Shown here piece by piece: positions 10,509-21,735 of a stretch of 64,000 nucleotides of DNA (the stretch's first letter is position 1; the number at the start of each line of letters is the position of its first letter). A program made the position numbers and the translations under genes. The stretch comes from an uncultured Chloroflexia bacterium (GTDB lineage Bacteria > Chloroflexota > Chloroflexia > Thermomicrobiales > UBA6265). The notes under the pieces were generated by a model. It saw nothing but the letters and a program-made list of their open reading frames with translations, had not been told where the DNA came from and ran no database searches. Location of the stretch: positions 75,994 to 139,993 of the forward strand of contig CAVRGV010000002.1 of the NCBI GenBank assembly GCA_963720855.1. The letters are read 5' to 3'.

Positions 10509-11173
10509 ATGAGAATCTACGCGCATCGCGGCGTATCGGCGAACTATCCAGAGAACACGCTCGTGGCGTTCCAGGCGGCCCTGGATGCAGGTGTTTACGG
10601 TGTCGAGCTGGATATTCACTGCTCAGCCGATGGCGTGCCCGTAGTGCTTCACGATGATGGGCTGGATCGAACCACCAATGGCTCGGGCTCGGTGACTGAG
10701 AAAACCGTCGCTGAACTTCGCAAGCTCGATGCGGGAAACGGCCAGTACGTACCGACATTTGAAGAAGTCATCGCGCTCGCTGACGGCCGGCTGCACATCG
10801 ACATCGAGATCAAGGGAAGGAATTGCGAGAAGGCAGTGCTGGATGTCCTCGCGCGCTTTCCGGCAACTCGCGCGGCCATTTCATCCTTCGATTGGGAGGT
10901 GTTGGCGAACGTTCGCACACGCGAGCCAACGATCGAGCTTTGGGTACTCACACCGACGGTGACCAGATGAGGCAGTCGCGTTGGCGGGAAAGCTCAACGC
11001 AACGACGCTGGCGGTTCACCATCTGTCCGTGTCGAGCATATCGATGGACACAGCCGAAAGGGCCGGCCTCGACGGTGATGGCCTGGACCGTCAACTCTCA
11101 GGGGGAGGCGGATCGACTGCGCGAATTGGGCGTGAGCGCAATTTGCACGGACGACCCGGTCGAGGTTCTTTGA
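10509..11173 (+). CDS. Glycerophosphodiester phosphodiesterase (GDPD family); two +1 frame breaks
   Basis: MRIYAHRGVSANYPENTLVAFQAALDAGVYGVELDIHCSADGVPVVLHDD... continues in frame +1 from about 10960 (DEAVALAGKLNATTLAVHH) and in frame +2 from about 11068 (TVMAWTVNSQGEADRLRELGVSAICTDDPVEVL). Confidence 0.8.
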
Positions 11174-11222
11174 AACGATTCCCCACCGGAATGCGGGGAT
11201 CCAGGGGTCCGGAACAGCGAAA

Positions 11223-11247
11223 AGGCGGGGGACTGAAGCCCCCGCCT
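11223..11247 (-). terminator. Hairpin terminator downstream of the cox-like operon
   Basis: AGGCGGGGG / CCCCCGCCT stem with a 7-nt loop; a TTTT tract follows on the minus strand. Confidence 0.55.
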
Positions 11248-11271
11248 CTTCCAGTATTCAGCCAGTTCGAG

Positions 11272-12123
11272 CTAGAGACCCGCGGCCTTGGTGAGCGCAC
11301 GCCGGGTCAGGACTTTCACCAGATGAGCGCGGTATTCGGCCGATGCGTAGACATCGCCGTTGAGCTCACCGAGGTCATCGGTCGCCAGCGCCGCGGCCGC
11401 CGCGATAGTGTCGGCATCGAGTGCCTTACCAATCAGCGCCGCTTCGGCAGCGGTGGCTCGCTTGGCATGTTCGGGCGCGCCGGTGACCGCGATGCGAACC
11501 GATTCGACCTTACCGCCATTTTCTTTGATCGCGACCGCGACGCCCACGACGGCATAACCCGAGGCCGGATGCGCGTGCTTCAGATACGCCTGTTTTGCTC
11601 CCGCGAAATCGTTGGGAATGTTGACGCTTGTCACGATCTCACCTTCGTCCAGTGAGGTCGAGAGCAGGCCGACGAAGAGGTCGTCGAGCGCGATCTCACG
11701 CGAACCGCTTGGTCCTTGCGCGGTGATCGACGCGTTCAGCGACAACATGACCGCGGTCAGATCGGCCGCCGGATCGTTATGCGCCATGGAGCCACCAACA
11801 GTTCCGCGGTTGCGCACGGAAGGATCGCCAACCTGCTTGGTCGCGTCGGTGATTACCGGGAAATCGCCGAATTTGTCGGAATCGATGACGGCAGCATAGG
11901 TCGTCATGGCACCGATCTTGACGCCACCGTCAGATGTCACCCCGACCAGGCTGTCGATCTTGCCGATGTCGACGATCGTGCCTGGCGCGGCCAGCCGCAG
12001 CTTCATCGCTGGAATCAGCGAGTGACCGCCGGCCAGAATCTTGGCGTCCGGATTCGACGCCAGGATGCCAACCGCTTCCTCGACGCTCGACGGCCGAACG
12101 TACTCAAACTGTTGTGGGTACAC
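11272..12123 (-). CDS. FAD-binding medium subunit of a molybdenum hydroxylase (CoxM-like)
   Basis: Intact 283-aa ORF: MYPQQFEYVRPSSVEEAVGIL...AGGHSLIPAMKLR. Confidence 0.85.
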   Translation of the reverse strand: MYPQQFEYVRPSSVEEAVGILASNPDAKILAGGHSLIPAMKLRLAAPGTIVDIGKIDSLVGVTSDGGVKIGAMTTYAAVIDSDKFGDFPVITDATKQVGDPSVRNRGTVGGSMAHNDPAADLTAVMLSLNASITAQGPSGSREIALDDLFVGLLSTSLDEGEIVTSVNIPNDFAGAKQAYLKHAHPASGYAVVGVAVAIKENGGKVESVRIAVTGAPEHAKRATAAEAALIGKALDADTIAAAAALATDDLGELNGDVYASAEYRAHLVKVLTRRALTKAAGL

Positions 12124-12181
12124 GTTACGCTCACCTTTCCTTGTTCGGATCGACGGCGCATCCGCCGTGTCCAGTACGTTC

Positions 12182-14570
12182 CTAACTTGCCTGCTCGATC
12201 GCCGCCCAGATCCGTTCTGGGGTCATCGGCATTTGAATGTTGCTCACTCCAAGATGCTTGACGGCATCGACCACGGCGTTGCCGACCGCTGGTGTCGAAG
12301 CAATTGTGCCTGCTTCGCCCGCGCCTTTGGCTCCCATCGGGTTGACCGGGCTCGGGGTCACCGTACTGTCGAGTTCGTACCAGGGAACCTGACTCGCCTT
12401 GGGAATAGCGTAGTCAGACATCGATCCGGTCAGAAGCTGACCGTCATCGTTGTAAAACGCACCCTCGTAGAGCGCCTGCGCCAGCCCCTGGGCGATGCCG
12501 CCATGAAGCTGACCTCCGACGATCAATGGGTTGATGACATTGCCGACATCGTCCACCGCCAGATACTTGACGACTTCGACTTCGCCCGATTCCCGATCTA
12601 TCTTCGACCACGCAAACATGCGTGCCGAAAGGGAAGGTGCAATTGGGCGGGTCGTAATAGGTCGTTTCGTCGAGGAACGGCTCCATACCCTCGGGAAGGT
12701 CGTAGGCGACATGCGCCGCCAGCGCCACTTCCTGAATCGACTTGGCGGCATCCGGAGTTCCCTTGACGAAGACTTTGCCGTTCTCGAATTCGACATCTTG
12801 CTCGGACGCTTCCAGCATATGCGCGCCGAGCTTTTTGACCTTGTCGATCACCTTGTCGGTGGTCTTGTAGATCGCGGTGCCGCCAACCGTCAGCGAACGA
12901 CTGCCGTAAGAGCCGAATCCAAACGGGGTTCCGAGCGAGTCGGAATGCTTGATCTGGATGTCGTCGTAGGGAATACCGAGCTTGTCGGACACCAGCTGGG
13001 CGAAGGTCGTTTCGTGCCCTTGCCCGTGCGGCAGCGATCCGGTGGTGACCACCGTTTTCCCGGTGAGCTGAACGCGAATATTTGCGCTCTCCCACAGACC
13101 GGCGCCCCACCCTTCTCCGCCGAGACCGATCCACTTCGATGGGGCTACCCCGCAGACTTCGACATAGGACGAAAGCCCGATTCCCAGCAGCTTCTGCTCG
13201 CCGGCGTCGATGCGGCGTTGCTGCTCTGCGCGAAGATCACTGTAGCCGGAGAGCGCAAGCGCTTTGTCCAGCGCGACTTCATAGTTACCGGAGTCGTACG
13301 GCAGCATGCCGATGCCGGTGTCGTACGGGAAATCGTCGGGCTGGATGAAATTCTTGCGCCGCACATCCGCTGGATCGAGTCCAGTGGCAGCCGCGACCGC
13401 ATCGCAGACCCGCTCGATCGCGTACGCCGCTTCCGGGCGACCAGCGCCGCGGTAGGCATCCACCATGGCCGTGTTGGTATAGACCGCCGTGACATCGACC
13501 CGAATGTTCGGGATCTTGTAGCAGCCCGCGATCATGCGGCCATAGAGCGTGGTCGGGATTCCGGCCGCGATGGTCGAAAAATAGGCGCCGATGTTGGCGA
13601 ATGTTTTGACCTTGAGCGCGGTTATGGAACCGTCGTTCGACGCGCCGACCTCGATATCGGTAATGTGGTCGCGACCGTGGGTGGTCGAAACGTAGTTCTC
13701 CATACGATCTTCGAAGAACTTGATCGGGCGGCCGCCCAGCTTCTTCGAGATCGCCATCGTCAGCGGCATGTCGTAGTAGCAGAAGATCTTGGCTCCGAAC
13801 CCGCCTCCAATATCGGGCGAGATCGTGCGGATCTTTTGCTCGGGAATGCCCATCACAAACGCCGCGATCAGCAACCGCATGACATGCGGTGCCTGCGACG
13901 TGATCCAGAGCGTGTAATCCCCGGTGCCGGGATCGTAGCGGGCGACCGACCCGCGCGGCTCCATCGGCGTGGGAATCAGGCGTTGGTTGATGATGTGCAG
14001 GCTGGTGGTGACGTCGGAATCGGCCAGCGCCCGGTCGACAACATCGGCATCCTTGCCACAGGCCCATTCGAGCACGATGTTGTTGGGGGCTTCTTCGTGG
14101 AGCTGAGGCGCGCCCTCGAGAGTCGCCTTGAACGCGTCCACGACGACAGGCAGCTCCTCGTACTCGACGACGACGGCCTCCGCCGCATCCCGCGCGAGGT
14201 ACTGATTCTCCGCCACCACCACCGCGACCGGGTCGCCAGCGAGATGGACCTCGTTGACCGCCAGCACGCGTGGGGTGACGGCGTGGTTGGTGACGCCACC
14301 TGCCTGCCAGGCAGCGGGTAGCGGATTCAGATCCATGAAATCGTCACCGGTGTATGCGGCAACGACTCCGGGCATCGCCAGCGCCGGAGTGAGGTCGATG
14401 CTCTTGATCTTTGCATGGGCGAACGGCGAACGCACCAGCCCGATGTGCAACATTCCCGGCAGGCGCAGATCGTCGATGAACTGCCCCGCCCCGGAAATCA
14501 GTCGTGGATCCTCGCGCCGCTTGATCGATTTGCCGACCATCTTTTCGGGCGCTTCAACGGATGCAACCAT
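12182..14570 (-). CDS. Molybdopterin-binding large subunit, form-II CoxL-like (AYRGAGR loop); one frame break near 12600
   Basis: Fragments 12444..14570 and 12182..12796 join as ...THVCVVE/IDRESGEVEVVKYLAVDDVG. The active-site loop VDAYRGAGRPEA is encoded at 13437-13457. Confidence 0.85.
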
Positions 14571-14656
14571 CGCTGAACCTCCTTGTCAGGTACCCGTGCG
14601 CGCGAGCACGCCTGCGCCGGCGCCTCCGCACGTTCGATCGCGTCGGTGCGAAAGGT

Positions 14657-15143
14657 CTAGCCCTTCTTCGCCGCGTACTGGATGGCTTTGACGATGTTCT
14701 GGTACCCGGTGCAGCGGCAGAGGTTGCCTTCGAGCGAATGGCGAATTTCTTCTTCGGTCGGGTTGGGATTGGTCTCCAGGAAAGCCGACGCCGCCATGAT
14801 CATGCCCGGCGTGCAATAGCCGCATTGCAGGCCATGCTCTTCCCAGAATCCTTCCTGCATCGCGCTGCAGCTCGCCGTCCTTGGCCACGCCCTCGATGGT
14901 GGTGATGGTGGCGCCATCCGCTTGCGCGGTGAAGACCGTGCAGCTCTTGACCGACTTGCCATCGATGTGGATCGTGCACGCGCCGCAGGAGCTGGTGTCG
15001 CATCCAACGTGGGTGCCGGTGAGGCCAAGGTCTTCTCGCATGAAATGGACGAGCAGCTGTCGCGGCTCGACCTCGGCGTGGTGTTCGACCCCGTTGACCG
15101 TGATATCAACCGGGACAACACTCTGCGCTACCGCCGTTGACAT
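14657..15143 (-). CDS. [2Fe-2S] small subunit (CoxS-like); one frame break near 14868
   Basis: [22 protein letters not shown]...[11 protein letters not shown] from ATG 15141-15143 (AAGGAG upstream). The C-terminus [20 protein letters not shown]...[10 protein letters not shown] comes from ORF 14657..15121. Confidence 0.85.
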
Positions 15144-15458
15144 AGGTGAACTGCTCCTTTCGAAATCATCGGAAACTCCGTCATCCCCGATGTTCCTCAT
15201 ACGGTCATCGCCGTTACCACTGCTCGACCCGACCGTTCGAAGTCGCGCAACCCGCGGGTTCGTCCCGCGTTCGCCACGAGCGAAGGTTTCTTCGCTCGTG
15301 ACAGCAGCACCGTGAAGTGGGGTGAGTATATCCCGGTTCCGGGTCGACACGAATTGCAGCGAGATCATCGCGAATTTGCGATTCACCTGCTGTGCTAGGC
15401 TACCCGCCAATCTGCGACGATGGCGCGTCGCGCACGCATCCACCGCGACGAAGGCGAG

Positions 15459-16710
15459 ATGGCATCGACCGACCAGGCGAGACCGACCGGTTCCGCTCCG
15501 GCGCCTGGAGAGGGGACCTTTACGGTCCTTCGCCTCAATCCGGCAGTTTCGCCGCCTCTGGATGTCGACCGTTTCCTCCACGCTCGGCCAGTGGATGCAA
15601 TCGACCGCGATCGGCTGGCTCGCGCTCGAGCTGTCGAATCGAATCCTCCTTCGTCGGTCTGGTCGCGTTTGCCGCCGGCATCCCGTTTCTCTTCGTTTCG
15701 ATTCCCGGCGGGTTGCTGCTCGACCGCTACGACCGGCGCAAGATTCTGATCATCTGCCAGGCAATCGCGGCATTGTGCGCGGTGCTCCTCTCGATCGACG
15801 TCATCTACCGGGTTCGTGCAGGCATGGCATCTGCTGCTCTTCGCCTTCATCAACGGCTCGCTCCAGGCGATCATGAACCCTGCCCAGCAGGCTATCGTGC
15901 CCTCGCTGGTCTCCAGAGAGCGCCTCACCAATGGCATCGCCCTCATGAGCGCGGGGCAGAATATGACCCGCGTGGTGGGGCCATCGGTTGCGGGCGCCAT
16001 CATTGGGTTCGCGGGAACTGGCGCGGCATTCTTCTGCCAGTCGATTGCGCTGGTGATCGCGCTTGGTCATGCTGATGACCACGCGCTTTCCAGAAGTGGC
16101 TGCCAGACGCGCGGTCACCTCGCTGGGATCGGTGTTCGACGGCGCTCGCATCGTTTGGCATCGCCGCGATCTGCGCGCCATCATCACGCTGATCTCCATC
16201 ACGATCCTGCTGGTCTTTCCCTATCTCTCGTTCCTCTCGGTGTTCGCGCGAGACATCCTGGACATCGGTCCCGAGGGACTGGGCGTGCTGATGGCGTCAT
16301 CCGGCGGAGGGGCGGTGCTGGGATCGATCTACGTGGCGTCGCGCAAGCAAGCGCCGAGCGGTCGAGGCTTCATCGTAATGGGGATCGTTTACGGATTCGT
16401 CATCGCGGCGTTTGCCTTTTCGCCGAACCTGATCGTGGCCGTTGTTTTTCTGATCGTGGCCGGGTTCCTGGGATCGGCTTATGTCAGCTCGGTGAATGCC
16501 GCATTGCAGCATCGGATTACCGATGACATGCGCGGCCGGGTGATGTCCATCTACATGCTGACCTGGGGATTCACCCCGATCGGCGCCATCGTGATCGGGG
16601 CGATAGCGTCGAACGCTGGTATGGCCGTCACCATCGCGGGCGCCGCGCTACTCGGAAATGTGCTCCTGCTCGCTCTCTACCTGCTCGATCCCGACATGCG
16701 CGAGATCTGA
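15459..16710 (+). pseudogene. MFS transporter (EntS/MFS_3-like) carrying at least four successive +1 frame breaks
   Basis: Pieces occur in frames 0, 1, 2, 0, 1: MASTDQ..., [93 protein letters not shown], and the intact 215-aa C-terminal half 16063..16710. Confidence 0.7.
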
Positions 16711-17844
16711 GGCGCCCAGCCGCTTGCACGATGCGTCGTGGTTTCCGCTCGGGCGTTCGGGTGAAATCCGCGCGACGATCGCGCGAATCTGCCCGATCTG
16801 ACGATCCAGATTTCCTTCGCCGGGTTCGATTGCGCCGATCTCGTCCAGCACCTGATCGTGCACCCAACGCTGCAGCGCCTTGCGCACCCGGTTGAGTGAC
16901 GGAGCCTCGACACCCAATGCCTCAGCGTCGGCGATAACCCACTCGCGCAGCTCGCGGTTCGGCAGCGGCAAGGCGGCTGCCTGGTTGATGGCGCTCCGGT
17001 CGGCACGCACCTGCTCGGCATCGAGCGCCCAACGGCACACCAGCTCATACGCCGATCGGCTGTCCGGGATCCGTCGAGCGATTTCGGCATCGACTGCCTC
17101 GAAGTCGGGGCCATCGGCTGGTATTGGGGCCAAAGAGCGGGCGATGCATGTCGTACCAGCTCGCGCCGGCCGCGCTGGAGAGCCGCACATAGTAGAGCGC
17201 CGAGCAGCAGTTCACGTTCCGCCAGTTGGCGTAAGTCATCCAGCTCGGCCATGCGCATGCGCGCGTGATCGCCAGGAATCTGCGCGAAGTGAGCTCGGCC
17301 GCAGACGATTCCAGCAAGATCACTTCCGCCGGCTTCACGGTGGCGCGCGTAATTCCCCGCCCACCCGAGAGCACAAACGCGGTCATGGCACTCTGCGGGG
17401 CGAAGAACAGCCCGGGAACGATCGTTCCATCCGGATGCCAGTCGCCCAGCAGATCGGTATACGCCGGACCGACGTCGGCCAGCGCGCTCAACATCTCGAC
17501 ACTCACCTGTTTGCTCCGCGCGGTTTCGATCGAGAACTTGGCGTCGGCCGCTTGCAGGGTCAGTTCGCCATCTCGCCGGCCGAGCAGCACGAAATCGGGA
17601 TTCTGCAACGATCGTTTGGAGGCGGCATGCGCGACATGGGGCATCGAGTCGAGCCGAATGACTTGCTCGACGATGTGCGCGTCGTCGCCGGGGATACCGA
17701 CTTCGGTGCCGATCAGCGAGTCGATGTGGTCGGAAACGATATCGCTCCAGCACGAGCCAATGCGCCGCTGGAGCCGCCCAGATCCGCAAGCCCCATAAGT
17801 CGTCGGTCGAGGAGCGCCCGAATCAGCGAACCTCCGGGAAGCAT
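16648..17844 (-). CDS. Uncharacterised protein with an E...PD...DxK (PD-(D/E)xK nuclease-like) motif and a helical C-terminal region; several frame breaks; both ends uncertain
   Basis: Fragments 17045..18175, 16677..17789 and 16648..17190. The motif is IVEQVIRLDSMPHVAHAASKRSLQNPDFVLLGRRDGELTLQAADAKFSIE. The reconstructed tail is ...ELDDLRQLAERELLLGALYYVRLSSAAGASWYDMHRPLFGP/IPADGPDFEAVDAEIARR... Confidence 0.45.
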
Positions 17845-18055
17845 GCTGGAACGAAGATCGCCGGCGGTGTTCGGTTTGGTCGCGAAGGTCACGGGTGTGG
17901 TCGACTCGATTCACGGAACGGATCGGTTCGTGGCGGAAAGAATAGCAACCTGCCGCCACGCTTCCGTAGAATAGGCGGCTGCGGTGATTCCGTACGGTTG
18001 TCATAGTGTTCGCGGATCGACTCCGTCGGCCCGCTAACGTCAGGAGTTTGCATTC

Positions 18056-19697
18056 ATGGTTGCGGTTCAATCGAACCCCTCCGCCACGACCGCTGCCGCC
18101 ACCGGCGCTCAGCTCGTCGTCGCGGCCCTCGAGGCGCACGGCGTCGATACCGTCTTTGGCATTCCGGGAGTGCATACCCTCGCGCTCTACGATGCGCTTG
18201 GCAAATCATCGCTGCGCCACGTGCTCGCGCGGCATGAGCAGGGCGTCGGGTTCATGGCGGATGGATACGCTCGCGCGACCGGGAAACCTGGTGTGGCAGT
18301 GGTCATCACCGGGCCCGGGGTGACCAACATCGCCACCGCGGTCGGCGAGGCATACACCGATTCGACCCCGCTGCTGGTGATCTCCTCCAACGTCGAAAGC
18401 CCCTATCTCGACGACATGCGCGGCAATCTCCATGATCTGAAGGATCAGTTGGCCGTCATGAAGGCGGTCACCAAGTGGAACGCACGCGTGACCGACGCCA
18501 ACGATGTCACCGGGATCATGGATGAGGCATTCGACCGGCTCGAGTCTGGACGCCCGCTTCCGGTCCATGTCGAGATTCCACTCGATGTGCTCGATGCCCG
18601 GGCCGAGAGCGCACCCGATCCCTCGTGAGCCGTTCATCGTCGTTCCCGAACCCACGGAAGAAAAGATCGAAAAGGCGGTTGCGCTGCTGGCTGGCGCCAG
18701 CCGGCCGTTGATCTATGCCGGCGGCGGCGCTATCTCCTCCGGCGCAGCGCCATTCGTGCTGCAACTCGCCGAGCGTCTGAATGCGCCCGTGCTGACCTCG
18801 ATCATGGGCAAGGGCGCCATCCCGGAAGATCATCCGCTTTCGCTCGGATGTCTCTGGTCGGCAGGAAATGTGGTCGACGATTATTTGAAGCAAGCCGACG
18901 TGGTCATCGTTATCGGCTCGAAACTGGGTGCGCAGGCGACCCAGATGTTCCAGATGTCGTTACCTGAGAATCTGATCCGTATCGACATCGATCCCCGGGA
19001 AATGCATCTGAATGCCCAGCCCTCCACTCCCCTCCTCGGCGACGCCGCGCTGGTGAGCGAGCGTCTGGTGGCAGCGCTTTCCGATACCGTCGAGCTGTCC
19101 GGTAGCGATCAGACCGATGAAGCGCAGGCCGTGCGTGCGACGGCGGAAGCATACCGCCTGGTTCGCCGAGCGCCGCGACTATATCGACGCGCTTCGCCGG
19201 GCGATTCCGCGCGACGGCATTCTCAGTGCCGACATGACGATGATGAGTTATGTCGCGTGCGGACTCTATCCAGTTTTCGAGCCGCGCACCTTCTTCTTCC
19301 CAAGTGGTTTCGGGACGCTCGGATTTGCGTTGCCGGCGGCTATTGGCGCGAAGATCGGCCGTCCGGACGCGGCGGTCGTTGCCGTCGTGGGAGATGGTGG
19401 TTTCCAGTACACCATGGGCGATCTCGGCTGCGCGGTGCAGGAGCGGCTCGGTTTGCCGATTGTGATCTTCAATGACTCGACTTACTCGGCCGTCAAGCAT
19501 GCCCAGATGGAAGAGCGAGAAGGCCGGTATATGGCCGTCGATCTGGTCAATCCGGACTATGTCAAGCTTGCCGACGCCTACGGGATCCCTGGCGTACGCG
19601 TCCAGAACCCTGAAGAGCTGGAGAAAGAGATCGCAAGACTGCATTCGCGCGCGACCTGCCGACCATCATCGACGTGCCGATCGCACCCTGGGTTTAG
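18056..19697 (+). CDS. Thiamine-diphosphate-dependent enzyme (acetolactate synthase / sulfoacetaldehyde acetyltransferase-like); three frame breaks
   Basis: Fragments 18056..18628, 18504..19475 and 19117..20010. The TPP motif is VVGDGGFQYTMGDL...IVIFND. The reconstructed end DLPTIIDVPIAPWV stops at TAG 19695-19697. Confidence 0.8.
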
Positions 19698-19704
19698 TCC
19701 CGGG

Positions 19705-21735
19705 TCAGGCGCTATTCTCAAAAGACGCTCGACGCGCCGCGGTTGCACGATCGCAACCGCGGCGCTCGCTATTCCGAGCTACGAGCAGAATGCGCCCGAG
19801 CCAATCCCACCCGTCCACGCCATAGATCAGCTCGATCCGCGTGCCGGGTACGGCCGAAGTCACGGTCATGAAACCGTTTTCGTCCTTCGAATCGTCCGCC
19901 GGCTGCCCATCGACCGTCGCCGTCCAGCGTGGAAACCAGTTGCGACGAATTTCGAAGTTCGAGGACGCCTCGGAGACCGTGGCGTCGAATCTGCTGGTTC
20001 TGAACGCTGATCTCGGTCGTTTCAGCGCCGTCTGCGGTGACGATCGGGGTTGGGTCGCGCACGAGGTAGACGTTATAGGACGGAGACGTCTGAGACGAGC
20101 TCCAATGCTGGCGAGCGTTCGCGCCGCATCAGACGCGGCACCGGTGGCGACGACCGCGCCGATACCCTGTCCCGCCAGGAAAGCAGGGTCGAGCGTCGTT
20201 GCCGGGTCGGGATAGACGTGCTCGCTGGTTGGGTCGTACTCGCCGGCCAGGTCCTTTTGCCAATACCAGAGCCAGTCGTTGAAATAAAATGGCCGCTCGC
20301 TCCATTCGATCGACCAGAACTGGTCGTGCCAGGAGAGCATGCTTCCCAGCACCAGGATGGCGGTGCCGGGGGCTGCCTGCTCATCGGCCAGCTCTACGGC
20401 ACGTTGCTGCTCGAGCATGTACCGATCGCCCGTGTTCGCCACGGGATAGAGTGCGCGATCGCTCTCCGGAACCGGCGAGCCCGCGATGAAGATGTAGGCG
20501 AGCAGCGTTACGGCAATCGCGGCCAACAAACCCAGATTGACGATTGCCGAGACGATAGCGCGGCGCGAGCGCGGGCAATGGTGGCCAGCACGACATATGA
20601 CCCCAAGCGCAGCCAGATAGATGGTCAGGGCGCGCTGGAAAGGCATCAGGCGAGTGGCTTCCAGCTGTTCGATGCTTGGACCGGGAATGAGACCGCTCAG
20701 CAGGATGGTGACTGCCACGTAGGCCATGGTGGTGAACGCCACGAAGCGGCCGGCCCGCAGCTCGGGGCGAAAGAAGACGCCAATCAGGCCAACGAATCCC
20801 AGCCAGAGCACCGGACGCGAGACAGCCGTCATCGAGGCCTGCCAGTATTCGCTTAGCGAGTCGTAGCGCTCGTAGACGACGAAAAAGTAGAGATCGCTGA
20901 ATCGGGCTAACGCGATCAAGAGCGGAGCTGCCAGCAAGCCGGCGACGATGACAATGCCGGCTCCGAGTGAAATCCTCGCTCGGAGTTCCGACCTCCGGTC
21001 CGATTCCCAAAGCAACGATGCGACCATGCCAACCGCAATTGCGCCCATAGGCACGAACGAGCGCACGTTGGTGTAGACCGCAAACGCCGCCACGACGGCG
21101 GCAATCGCCCCCCAGCGAATCGAGCGGTCCCGGATCGCATGGAACGAAATCGGAAGGAACGCGACCAGCGCCGCCATCGCAAGACTGCTGCTGACCAATC
21201 CCCAATCGACCAGTTCCCAGTAGCCACCCGACCACCAGTTCCCTCGGACGGAAATGTGAAAGACCAGCGCGAGCAGCCCAACCCCGAGCGGAATGCGGTC
21301 TTCCCGGGAAAGGAGCATGAATCCGACAGCCGGTAGCAGGAAGATCACGATGACCGCAATCTTGTGCGCCGCCATCATCGGCAGCGTCCCCAGCAACAGG
21401 GACCAGATCAGCAGTTCGAATCCAGCCGCGCCAAACGGGTAGAACTCAGCCGGATACCCGCCCTGATGCGCCGAAACCCACCTGAGCAGCTCTCCGTCGG
21501 CCAGCGAGCGGCGCAACATCTCGGCGCGGGTGGCATGGAACGGATGGTCGGCTGTCCCGAAGGTCTTCACGAACCGCGCGGTAGTTCCATCCGGCAGTGA
21601 AATCGTGGTCCAGAGATCGAATGCGCCCAACCGGTGAAAAATCCAGAGCGCCACAACGACGAAGAGGAGGAGCCACCCGAGATCGATAACGCGCGTGTCC
21701 CGTATCCGAATCCTGCGACTCGGATGCGCACTCAT
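19705..21735 (-). CDS. Large polytopic membrane protein, GT-C/YfhO-like putative glycosyltransferase with an extracytoplasmic C-terminal domain; two probable frame breaks near 20000-20100
   Basis: 676-aa ORF with more than 10 hydrophobic segments. The C-terminal pieces VRDPTPIVTADGAETTEISVQNQQI (ORF 19769..20062) and NFEIRRNWFPRWTATVDGQPA sit in different frames. Confidence 0.6.
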   Translation of the reverse strand: MSAHPSRRIRIRDTRVIDLGWLLLFVVVALWIFHRLGAFDLWTTISLPDGTTARFVKTFGTADHPFHATRAEMLRRSLADGELLRWVSAHQGGYPAEFYPFGAAGFELLIWSLLLGTLPMMAAHKIAVIVIFLLPAVGFMLLSREDRIPLGVGLLALVFHISVRGNWWSGGYWELVDWGLVSSSLAMAALVAFLPISFHAIRDRSIRWGAIAAVVAAFAVYTNVRSFVPMGAIAVGMVASLLWESDRRSELRARISLGAGIVIVAGLLAAPLLIALARFSDLYFFVVYERYDSLSEYWQASMTAVSRPVLWLGFVGLIGVFFRPELRAGRFVAFTTMAYVAVTILLSGLIPGPSIEQLEATRLMPFQRALTIYLAALGVICRAGHHCPRSRRAIVSAIVNLGLLAAIAVTLLAYIFIAGSPVPESDRALYPVANTGDRYMLEQQRAVELADEQAAPGTAILVLGSMLSWHDQFWSIEWSERPFYFNDWLWYWQKDLAGEYDPTSEHVYPDPATTLDPAFLAGQGIGAVVATGAASDAARTLASIGARLRRLRPITSTSCATQPRSSPQTALKRPRSAFRTSRFDATVSEASSNFEIRRNWFPRWTATVDGQPADDSKDENGFMTVTSAVPGTRIELIYGVDGWDWLGRILLVARNSERRGCDRATAARRASFENSA

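Noticed and set aside
12531-14321. A 596-aa plus-strand ORF.
   Set aside because: It is antisense to the CoxL-like large subunit, has an Arg/Asp/Gly-rich low-information composition, and has no start-site signals.
16648-16710. A 63-nt convergent overlap between the MFS 3' end and the nuclease-motif gene, considered as a possible antisense regulatory arrangement.
   Set aside because: Both genes carry multiple frame breaks, and the minus-strand gene's true stop is uncertain. The overlap may simply be an artefact of an unresolved indel.
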